This document shows, piece after piece, positions 29,907 through 38,598 of a stretch of DNA of 64,000 bases (position 1 is the first letter of the stretch; each line of letters begins with the position of its first letter). The notes beneath the pieces are model-generated. The model worked only from the letters and a program-made list of their open reading frames with translations, was not told where the DNA came from and searched no databases. The position numbers were made by a program, and so were the translations under genes. The stretch comes from a virus (taxonomy: Duplodnaviria > Caudoviricetes): the IMG/VR virus record IMGVR_UViG_3300033067_001382, positions 17,596 through 81,595 of that record. One strand, written 5' to 3'.

Positions 29907-32900
29907 TCATGATCCTTGTACTGCTAAGAGCTTGATAAGTTGTTTGAGAGTATCCGCCTGGGCCTTGATGCGGCGCTCGACGGCACGACTCTGCTTGAAT
30001 AGAATTCCCTTCTCCTGGTTGATCCGAGCATCGATCCAGACGAAGCGCTTGTCGTAGAGCTTCTCACTGGACTCTAGGATATTCTCCAAGTCCTTTCGAT
30101 CACCCCCATCCTCAGCCGGGTTTGGACCCACCAGTTCGGTCTTCCGGTTGGTCAGCGTGATTCCCCAGCTCGTAAGCAAAGCCGTTGTCACTTCATTGGC
30201 ATACATGTTGGTATCGACACCTGAAGCGCCACGAACGCTAACTGGGCCGGTGCCGGACTGAATGCCCGTAACGGCCGCCACCATCGTGTCAATGTGAGTC
30301 AGGAGAGTGAAGAGTCCGATAAGGGTCTGCTTACTGGCTCCGAAACTCTTGACAAGTCGATATGTCACCGGATCACTGGTTGGGAAGGGAGTCTCGACGG
30401 TGACCTGTGTCCCGTTGACGGCCGTGATGGCGTAGAAGCCCTTGTTGGTACCATTGCGGACGAAGATGTAAGCCGGGAAATCCGGAAAGTTGTCGGCATC
30501 CGTATCGATGTTCGGAGCGAAGCTTGACCCCGATGTCAAAGTGGATCCGCTGACCGTGCCTGCTTGCGATGCTGGAGTCTGGAGGTCGGTCAAGACTAGG
30601 TCGAAAAACCGCTCCAGCGCTAATAACTCGCTGGTGACCAGCGGCGAATCATTGGTCATCAAGACATCCAACAGAGTATCGACCGAACCCGCGAGGGAAC
30701 CAACTCGACCGTACGTGTTGAGTGTCTTATCGATACGATACGACTGGCTCGCGATCGGTATCACTGGATGATCCAGCACCAACGAGACACCATTGACGAT
30801 GCTGACGATCTGACGGCGCGCAAGCTGGCTCGGAAAGACTACCGTGTAGCCAGGCTTGAGAGATGTGAAGTTCTGAGTCAAGTCAACCAGAGTGGAGCCT
30901 GAGGACGAAACGTCAGTGGTGGACGTCACCAGAGCTGTCCCGGTCGTAACCGAAAAGCTGAACTGGGTATCAACGCTGGCGAAGCCGGTCGTCGATGCAA
31001 CCGTTACGCTATTGGCCGTGACTGCCGAGATAATGTACCAGTCGGTGATACCGTTGACTCCCGAAGTGATTCGAACCAAGTCTCCAATGCGTGGCACTGG
31101 AGCCGAGAAGTTGGTCGGCACCCCACCGGGAGCATTGGTGATAATTCGCTTGGTGACATCCAAGTTGCCCGTGCCTACGAAGGGATCTGTAGTCTCACTT
31201 GGAATCTCGGTGATGGCCGTCAACGCCTTCTTGAGTTCTCCCAACTCTCCTGGTTGACGGGGAATCGGGATTGAGGTATCGCCGTCGTCATCCGTCGAGC
31301 CACCGAAGAGGGCCGGAATCTTGTCCGGTTCTGTCGAGGTCTGTGAGAACGTGATGTCCATCTGAAGGAAGTCACCCTTGTTGGGTTCAACGACCTCCAG
31401 GCCGGGAATTGTCCCGTCGAATGGTGGGAAAGGCTCGACGTAAAGGAGCTGGCCATCATCGGCATTGAGGGAGAGGTCTTTGCCGATTAGGAAATTCCTC
31501 TGGTAGGTCGTGTCCGACGGGTCGAGATACATCGTCGACCCCGCTGGAATCAACATCCCCACAGGAGCCGAGAGATTCACTACTCCGGACGCATAAGTGC
31601 TAACTACCTTGGAACTCGCCAAGATAGTTCCCGTCGCGCTGATGAATGCAACCTTCATCGCCGCCATAAACTCCGGCGCAATGCCGTCCGTACCACCATC
31701 GGGATCCGTAACGTTGAAGGTCGACTGACTCGGCTGAATATCTTGAGCCACCAACGCACGAGGGATGCGCTTCCGGATGTTGGAGATACTCGTAATCTTC
31801 TTGACTCCGAGGTCCAGAATCGGGTTACCGGTCTTAGCTCCAGTGTCCTTCCCCTTGACACAGACGTTGTACTTGTTCCGGCGTGTCGGGTAGAATCGAC
31901 TCCACACACCAGGCAGGTAGGCTGGCTGATCGGTATTGGAGAAGTTGATCGTCAGCGGCGGGAAGGTGAACGTGTATGGGAAGTTCGAGACTCGAATGAC
32001 GTCGTCGATGTGGTTCGTCGAGTCCAGCAGCGGCGGGTCATCTGGGCTCGCCGGAACGATAAGGTTGGAATTCCCATCAAACTCGAAGCGACCATCCTTG
32101 TCACCAATAAGTCGACCGTCCATACTTCCCAGACAATCATCAAGGAAGTCTGTAATCTCATGGTAGAACTTGAGCGACAGCCGCGCGACGTAGTCCTCAT
32201 TGAAGAGCCGAATCTCTTCGTAATGAACCGACTCTCGACCCTGTTCATAAAGCTTCGGTGCTCCACCTCCGTTGCTAGTTCGCGGGCCGCCACCGGGCGA
32301 GTTAGATTGAGCCTCCGACCGATATTTGGCCTCCAACTCAGCCTTGAAGTTACTGAGCGTCTCCACTCGAAAGTAAAATGAATCAGGACTGAAAAGGCTG
32401 TAGTCGGCCGTCAGAGTCTGATTGGCAATACCGTTCGAGCTGTTAGGAGCGATGTCGTGAGTATACGAGACGCGAACCCGAGGGCCTGCCGCTTGGATGC
32501 GATAGCCTGTATACGATACGCCAATCTCCTCTAGCGGAAGGAGTGCTGAAGTCAAGGTGATCTTGCCGGCATCATCAACCGTGTAATCTGCCGGAGAAAC
32601 CAACACGCGACCGACTGCCCCCATCGTACGACGGTAGACCAAAAATGGTTGTGTCAAGACCGGAGTCCGAACGGTCTGTACTTCTTTCGGAGCCGATTCA
32701 AAGATAGGTCGAATCGACCTACGCAGCACCCAAAGACTGTTCTGGTATTCCTTGACGGTACTTGTCGAGAGTGTGACTTCGGTCTGTCCGGTTTCAGGCT
32801 TGTACTCCGAACCCAGGGCGTAGTAGAAATCGAAGCCACCTCCACCGACCAACTGCACAATGGTCCCGGTCCGGTAGCTGCTCGTCACATTCCCATTCAA

Positions 32901-35825
32901 TTTGATTTTGGTCGACCCTCGTGGAAGTGTCTCGTAGACACCTATCTCGTTGACGAAGTAGTCCGAGATGCTGACGGGTCCACTTGACAGCGCCAACTTG
33001 GGATTGGAGATCGTCTGCTTGAACTCCTGCCCGCCCGACAACGTGATGGTCGTACGGTTGTCTCCAGGGATATACGTCGAGCTGGCGATGTGGTAGACTT
33101 CCTCGTTCTCGATGCGAAGGAAATACCCTGGCAACAGCACGGAAGTTTGGTCACCTCCGGCATAGAAGAAATAGTCGTGCGTGACTGAGTCCTCAACGAT
33201 ACTCGGCCGGAAGTAGGCTATCGGAGGCTGGAGTATCGAAGTGGTATTCTCACCTCCGATAGCCTCGTAAATGAAGTAGTCCACATAGACATTCTCCACG
33301 GGAGAGATGACTGCTCCGTGTGGGAGCGCATCCGTGAGGAGCGCGTCCGCCAGGAACGTGACTGTCGACGTCGTTGCATTGACAACGCACTGGACTCCGA
33401 GCGTCTGCGGACGACCACCTCGGAACACCGAGGGACTCGGGTTGGTGGCAACCGTTCGACCATTGGGGTTAAAGGTCAACGAGCTGACCGGGGCCGGGTG
33501 CGGAGCAGTACGCTCCTTTCGAACCAGGAATGTGGCCCGCTCAGTAACCGGTACGGAACCATCTTTCGCGGGCTTGTAGCTCAGTTGGGCTTCATCGAAG
33601 GCGAGGAACCGCTCTTGGAACTGCACCAGACCATTGACAGGGTCGATCTTGTAGTCGACTCGATCTCGAAGCTTGACAACCGAGAAAACATCGACTCCGG
33701 AAGTGACTGCCTGCTGGCTGAGGTTGATATTCCCCGTGTCAAGACTGATCTCCGCCGCGAATTGCGCCAAGCTGCTCGGAGTCGAGAAGGCAGAGTCGAG
33801 GTTGACATAGGTGATCGACGTCGAGAACTGCGTCGCTCCGAAGCGCAAGCGTGTCTGACTGGCGATACTCTTGTTGACCGCGAGGCGGGGGGAGTTGCTA
33901 GCCGGGCCAAGCTTTCGGATCTTCTCAATAGACGTGTTGGGTTCCGAGAGAGTCAATTCCGAGAAAAACCGATCCGCAATAATTTCGGCAGGGCGGCGAA
34001 TTTCGTAGGTAAAATCCGAGGCCGTGAACGGAGGACTCACCGTCAACGAGGGTCCTACCGTGTTGATCGTATAAACACCGTCACTCGGTTCCGAGTAGAC
34101 CACCAAAAGGTCGTTCGGCAGCACTCCCGCAAAGGAGACCGATCCGTCCGATACGGTTCCGGTGGTGGCCTGTCCGGCGGCGCTAGATAGCACCTTGGCG
34201 GCCTCCGTGGCGACAAACGAAACCTGTCCCGAGTAGGGTTCAGCAATGTACTGAGTGTCTTGTTGGAGCGGCGTGTAGGCATTCGTTCCAATCCCAGTCT
34301 CCAACTCTACAAGTAGGTTGGGCAAGTAAACCATCGCGTCGGTGGCAACCGTCGGCGTCGGCATCGGAGAGGGACTCGTGGCCGGGATGATCTTGTTGTT
34401 AATCCGATTAGCGAAGTAGAATTCCTTTTTTTCGATATCGATACGATACCCAAACCCCGACGGAGGGGTGACGCCATCTAAGCGGGGAAGAATTCCCGTA
34501 AAGGTACCCGTACCAGAGTCAACTCGGAAAGTGACCGGGTAACCAGGAGCATCCAGCGGGATCGCAGGTAGCATAACCAGCGGGACGCCGATTATCGGAC
34601 TCGCCATGACCTGATCTTCAACCTCATAAAGCGATGAAACGTCCTTGGATGAATCCACGATTCCCTGCAAATCCACCGGAGTTCGGTAGAACCGCATCGA
34701 GATCCCTCGCTCCAACGGGAGGTCGCAGTGAATGACCTCTACCGGGAAAGCTCCCAGACTGACACGATCAGGGAGTGAGAACTGTACCGTCCCATCAGCT
34801 TTGTACTCAACAAGACCTTGCTTGCCAGTGACGTTAAAATCCGTGACAAAACTGACAACTTCAAAAGTGCGCACCCCGGGGACTCGGAAGATGAGATCCC
34901 CACCCGCCGGAGGAACTGGACTCAGAACTCCTGGTACGTTAATGGTGCCGAAGCTCGACTGTCTAGGAAGCGCTAAGTCGAATCCGAAAAGGACACCATC
35001 GTAGAAGACAGACTTAGTCGAGTTGTTGGTTTGGTCAATCGAATTCAGCTTGACTTTGCCCGTCGAACGCGCCCAACCAATCTGACCTGAAGTGACCACC
35101 AGTGACGCGAGGGCTGTCTCATCCGCAACTTCGACCGGAGTCAAGTGAAATCCCATTCCCAAACGGAGAAGAGGAAACTGACCCGAGCCGGGGATTGGAT
35201 TAAGGAAGAGATCTGAACTGGAGACCAAGCCGATCTTGGCGGTCGATTCCTTGTCAGTGTAGAACTGTTGCCGCTGATACCATACTTGTCGACCGTTGTA
35301 ATCGTCCAAATCGCTAGTATTCCAATTGAACTCTCCTGTTGACTTGTTGATCTCAACAGTGCCGGGGACCGGGGATCCGAAGCTGGTCACGACAGAGAGT
35401 ACGAACTCGTCCCCCGAGCCAACATCGCCAACCGCGATGCGATAAGGGGCAGCCGCGTCACCCGGTGAACTTGGGACTGAGCCCTTGAGGCGAGTGGAGT
35501 TAGAGTTAGTCAAGATATCGTTCGACAATCGACCAAGCAGCTCACGTGCATTGCCGCGCAACGGACGAAAGTGCCCATCGAGTCCGACGTAATCGAACCG
35601 TTGGATGGTCTCGTTCTTGGTCCACCCGAACCGAACATCCGGTAAGTCCCCATCCGACTGGACGACGGTGAGGTACTCCGTACGAGGAACTAGCTCATCC
35701 GAGGTGTAGTGTGAGGAGTACGCAGATTGATCAACGATGATATTGGTTGGCGTGGGTGTGAACGGAGAATTGCCGGACCCTACACGCACCGGTTCAACAA
35801 CGTAACCCTTGATTGAGAATGCCAT
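29907..35825 (-). CDS. Very large baseplate/fibre-associated structural protein (1972 aa)
   Basis: Recurrent (D/Q)Y.(I/V)D...G.(V/I).(F/L) and VE(I)...TG...L motifs; small beta modules; helical C-terminus; follows the spike genes. Confidence 0.65.
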   Translation of the reverse strand: MAFSIKGYVVEPVRVGSGNSPFTPTPTNIIVDQSAYSSHYTSDELVPRTEYLTVVQSDGDLPDVRFGWTKNETIQRFDYVGLDGHFRPLRGNARELLGRLSNDILTNSNSTRLKGSVPSSPGDAAAPYRIAVGDVGSGDEFVLSVVTSFGSPVPGTVEINKSTGEFNWNTSDLDDYNGRQVWYQRQQFYTDKESTAKIGLVSSSDLFLNPIPGSGQFPLLRLGMGFHLTPVEVADETALASLVVTSGQIGWARSTGKVKLNSIDQTNNSTKSVFYDGVLFGFDLALPRQSSFGTINVPGVLSPVPPAGGDLIFRVPGVRTFEVVSFVTDFNVTGKQGLVEYKADGTVQFSLPDRVSLGAFPVEVIHCDLPLERGISMRFYRTPVDLQGIVDSSKDVSSLYEVEDQVMASPIIGVPLVMLPAIPLDAPGYPVTFRVDSGTGTFTGILPRLDGVTPPSGFGYRIDIEKKEFYFANRINNKIIPATSPSPMPTPTVATDAMVYLPNLLVELETGIGTNAYTPLQQDTQYIAEPYSGQVSFVATEAAKVLSSAAGQATTGTVSDGSVSFAGVLPNDLLVVYSEPSDGVYTINTVGPSLTVSPPFTASDFTYEIRRPAEIIADRFFSELTLSEPNTSIEKIRKLGPASNSPRLAVNKSIASQTRLRFGATQFSTSITYVNLDSAFSTPSSLAQFAAEISLDTGNINLSQQAVTSGVDVFSVVKLRDRVDYKIDPVNGLVQFQERFLAFDEAQLSYKPAKDGSVPVTERATFLVRKERTAPHPAPVSSLTFNPNGRTVATNPSPSVFRGGRPQTLGVQCVVNATTSTVTFLADALLTDALPHGAVISPVENVYVDYFIYEAIGGENTTSILQPPIAYFRPSIVEDSVTHDYFFYAGGDQTSVLLPGYFLRIENEEVYHIASSTYIPGDNRTTITLSGGQEFKQTISNPKLALSSGPVSISDYFVNEIGVYETLPRGSTKIKLNGNVTSSYRTGTIVQLVGGGGFDFYYALGSEYKPETGQTEVTLSTSTVKEYQNSLWVLRRSIRPIFESAPKEVQTVRTPVLTQPFLVYRRTMGAVGRVLVSPADYTVDDAGKITLTSALLPLEEIGVSYTGYRIQAAGPRVRVSYTHDIAPNSSNGIANQTLTADYSLFSPDSFYFRVETLSNFKAELEAKYRSEAQSNSPGGGPRTSNGGGAPKLYEQGRESVHYEEIRLFNEDYVARLSLKFYHEITDFLDDCLGSMDGRLIGDKDGRFEFDGNSNLIVPASPDDPPLLDSTNHIDDVIRVSNFPYTFTFPPLTINFSNTDQPAYLPGVWSRFYPTRRNKYNVCVKGKDTGAKTGNPILDLGVKKITSISNIRKRIPRALVAQDIQPSQSTFNVTDPDGGTDGIAPEFMAAMKVAFISATGTILASSKVVSTYASGVVNLSAPVGMLIPAGSTMYLDPSDTTYQRNFLIGKDLSLNADDGQLLYVEPFPPFDGTIPGLEVVEPNKGDFLQMDITFSQTSTEPDKIPALFGGSTDDDGDTSIPIPRQPGELGELKKALTAITEIPSETTDPFVGTGNLDVTKRIITNAPGGVPTNFSAPVPRIGDLVRITSGVNGITDWYIISAVTANSVTVASTTGFASVDTQFSFSVTTGTALVTSTTDVSSSGSTLVDLTQNFTSLKPGYTVVFPSQLARRQIVSIVNGVSLVLDHPVIPIASQSYRIDKTLNTYGRVGSLAGSVDTLLDVLMTNDSPLVTSELLALERFFDLVLTDLQTPASQAGTVSGSTLTSGSSFAPNIDTDADNFPDFPAYIFVRNGTNKGFYAITAVNGTQVTVETPFPTSDPVTYRLVKSFGASKQTLIGLFTLLTHIDTMVAAVTGIQSGTGPVSVRGASGVDTNMYANEVTTALLTSWGITLTNRKTELVGPNPAEDGGDRKDLENILESSEKLYDKRFVWIDARINQEKGILFKQSRAVERRIKAQADTLKQLIKLLAVQGS

Positions 35826-35847
35826 CTAAATGCCTCATCTTCGAAGG

Positions 35848-36417
35848 TCAGATGACCTTTCCGATACCCGCCCCACCCCCCGGTATGATGCTTGGGGGTC
35901 CGGCAACGACAATCGGGAACACCAGGGAGCCGAACACTTGCGAGAAAGCAGTTGTGATGGCAGTAGCAAATTGTACGGCCGAAATTCCAACACATCCCGC
36001 GGATGTAAGCCCAGCTTGTATGAACGGAAAAGCGGGAACAGGAACCAGTTTGGCGATTCCTGTTCCGAGTCCCACACCAGTATTGACCGTGATGATAAGA
36101 CCTTGAAGGAATCCGAGAGAGAATCCTTGCGCAAGACCTACTGCCGTGGGCGAAGACATTACACCAAGAATTCCCGCTGAGCTGAACCCAGCCAACAAAG
36201 CTGGCAACAGCACCGAAGACGGAACCAGAAAAGGGCCAGTTCCAGCACCGACTCCGAGAGTACCCACATCCACCGAAGTAATCTGACTAGCCTGTAGCCA
36301 TTGAAAAGTTCCAGTGGCCAGTCCGAGAGCAAGTTGAGGGACTGCTATTCCGATATCCCCAGCAGAAAGCAATCCAGTCATAAGAGATCCGGTCAGCCCG
36401 GGAATAGAGATAGGCAT
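35848..36417 (-). CDS. Gly-rich hydrophobic three-repeat protein, candidate spike-tip protein (189 aa)
   Basis: Immediately downstream of the spike gene; three SAG..G...(Q/P).A.(G/A)...GxG repeats; GAGG RBS. Confidence 0.55.
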   Translation of the reverse strand: MPISIPGLTGSLMTGLLSAGDIGIAVPQLALGLATGTFQWLQASQITSVDVGTLGVGAGTGPFLVPSSVLLPALLAGFSSAGILGVMSSPTAVGLAQGFSLGFLQGLIITVNTGVGLGTGIAKLVPVPAFPFIQAGLTSAGCVGISAVQFATAITTAFSQVFGSLVFPIVVAGPPSIIPGGGAGIGKVI

Positions 36418-36431
36418 TTACCTCATTCCTT

Positions 36432-38585
36432 TCAAAGGCTGCGTATAACCGCTGATCCTTGGAGCGGGAGTCCTGTTAACCAATCCAAACTGGGACTTCC
36501 AGGAGGCATCATTGGGATTCCCCGAGCAACGCCCAATGGAGCTACTGCGGAGCCCAAAAGAACTTGAGGAGAAGTCAAGCTAATTGCGATACCGGCCGTG
36601 ATGTTGCAAGCAAGTCCTGCGGTGATCGCCACCGCACCTGCTCCGGCAGCAATCGACATCGCCCCGGCCCCAGTGGAAAGCGAAACGGCTCCCGCACCCG
36701 TCGTGACTGAGATGGCTCCGGTTCCGACGGTGACCGAGAATGCACCCGCCGGGCAAGCAAACGACATCGCCCCGGCTAGCACATTCTGGACATAGGCCCC
36801 TGAGAGAATGTTGCCCACGTACCCACCGGCCAAGATGGTGGACAACTTACCTCCGAGCGCGATGGTCTCCACGACCTGCTGAGCGTAGTTGGCCTGAGTC
36901 TTGCCACTGACGAGAGTATTATACTCTCCATAGTTGCCAGAAAACCCACCCAGAGAGTTGATGTTTAGCCGAGAACAGTCAATCAAATAGCCACCATCGA
37001 TTCGCTTCCGGTACTTACCGGCGATGATTTTGGTCTGGTTGCCGCTAACAAACTGTTCCTTGTCACCTTGAACTTGCTCACTAAGAGCGATGTCCTCAGT
37101 GTTGGGCACGCCCTTGTAACTCGACTTAACACCAGAGTGGTAGGCGACCGTGATGGCATTGCCGTTGCTATCCGACCCAATATCGGCATGCAGACCACCC
37201 TCCAAAGTCAGATTCAAGGAAACTCCAGTAGGGTTCGCTTTTCCAATGCGAGCCTTAACGGCCCCATCAAAGTTGGCCTCCACCGAAATATTCTTGGCGT
37301 CCGGAAGATCCTCATCCTTAGACCCCGGGACATTAAGAAAGAGCTTGCCTTCCTTGTTGACTGCAACAGCGAAACTAGTATCTTCAACAGCCTTTGGAGG
37401 CCGGATGCGGAAAACGTAGGCCGCCGTTTTTGTATTGGCTTCATCCTTCGGAGGGTCACGCTCAACCTGCTCCAACCGGAAGGAACGTGGGCGACCACGT
37501 TGGTTGAACCCATCGAAGATCCGTGGCTTCATGAGCCGCGCGTAGTTCTCCGGATCATTGAACGCGTCGTTGCCGACGTAGGTGCCCAAAACCTGCTCGA
37601 TGAAGACCGCCGGTCGAGTCATTGAGAATCCATCGATTTCTCCGCGCACTTCTTGGACCATGTCGGTCATATGGCGCAGCTCGATGCGTCGCTCTGTGTA
37701 GGCTAACCCTACCCCACCATCCTCGGCATCTTCGAAGTTGGTAGCTGGAGTGGGGCTAGCGTAGAAGGCCGCGCGACCGGTCGCGAACACCGAGGGTGGG
37801 AACTCGTTCACATCAACGATGCGGCTAAGCGCGACACCCTGCGCGTTGGAGAAGCTCGGCCCATTCGGTCGAGGGTGCGTTTTCTGGAGAAAGGGCAGCC
37901 CGTAGTAGTTTTCTTTTTCGGTCTTGAACGTCTTTCCGTCCGCCTTGAAGATTTCGATGGGGAGATTCATGTCTCCGCGGCGGATCGCACCTGAGAAGAG
38001 GTAGGTTGCGGAGTCACTCTCAACGCGATGAAGCGCTTGGCTGACAAGGGTCCGATCTGAGTCCCTCAACTCGATGAAGTCTCCCGCTCGATTGGTGATA
38101 CGAACGTCCTTGGAAAGTACGAACTCCGAGCCTGCGGCCGACATACCCCCAACGTCGCCAGACTTCATCCGGAGGCTTTTGTAACGCTGCGTAGCCCCAT
38201 AGAGGCTGAGCACGTCGTCAGCCTCCTCGGGAGAGATCTCACCAGGGTTGACCGCTGAGAAGGGGTCGAACCGCATACCACTCTTAAGGCCCGTTGGCAA
38301 GTAACCCAGGATCATTGCTTCGGTGAGCTGCTTGTGGCGGCGACGGAAGCCCAGGATAACCATGCTGTTGACTTCAGGCACGCCGCCCCAGAAGCTGCGC
38401 GGCCCTGCCATCCCTTGAGTCAGGCTGATCTCTAGCTGTTCCGTGCCACCCGTAATGACGTGGATGTCCGCTTTCATGTGGTGATCATCCACACGAGTAA
38501 TGATACCCACCTTGAGGCTCATCTCTTGATGAGGCCCGTTGGCGAACTCCTTGTCGGGTACTTTGCCGAAGTCGCTGCTACTCAT
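36432..38585 (-). CDS. Baseplate central spike, gp5/gpV/VgrG-like (717 aa)
   Basis: N-terminal OB-fold pattern (G.ITRVD....ADI...G..P.VNS.V.LGF); C-terminal periodic Gly-initiated beta-helix repeats; terminal TGxP motif. Confidence 0.8.
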   Translation of the reverse strand: MSSSDFGKVPDKEFANGPHQEMSLKVGIITRVDDHHMKADIHVITGGTEQLEISLTQGMAGPRSFWGGVPEVNSMVILGFRRRHKQLTEAMILGYLPTGLKSGMRFDPFSAVNPGEISPEEADDVLSLYGATQRYKSLRMKSGDVGGMSAAGSEFVLSKDVRITNRAGDFIELRDSDRTLVSQALHRVESDSATYLFSGAIRRGDMNLPIEIFKADGKTFKTEKENYYGLPFLQKTHPRPNGPSFSNAQGVALSRIVDVNEFPPSVFATGRAAFYASPTPATNFEDAEDGGVGLAYTERRIELRHMTDMVQEVRGEIDGFSMTRPAVFIEQVLGTYVGNDAFNDPENYARLMKPRIFDGFNQRGRPRSFRLEQVERDPPKDEANTKTAAYVFRIRPPKAVEDTSFAVAVNKEGKLFLNVPGSKDEDLPDAKNISVEANFDGAVKARIGKANPTGVSLNLTLEGGLHADIGSDSNGNAITVAYHSGVKSSYKGVPNTEDIALSEQVQGDKEQFVSGNQTKIIAGKYRKRIDGGYLIDCSRLNINSLGGFSGNYGEYNTLVSGKTQANYAQQVVETIALGGKLSTILAGGYVGNILSGAYVQNVLAGAMSFACPAGAFSVTVGTGAISVTTGAGAVSLSTGAGAMSIAAGAGAVAITAGLACNITAGIAISLTSPQVLLGSAVAPLGVARGIPMMPPGSPSLDWLTGLPLQGSAVIRSL

Positions 38586-38598
38586 ACTACCTTACCTA

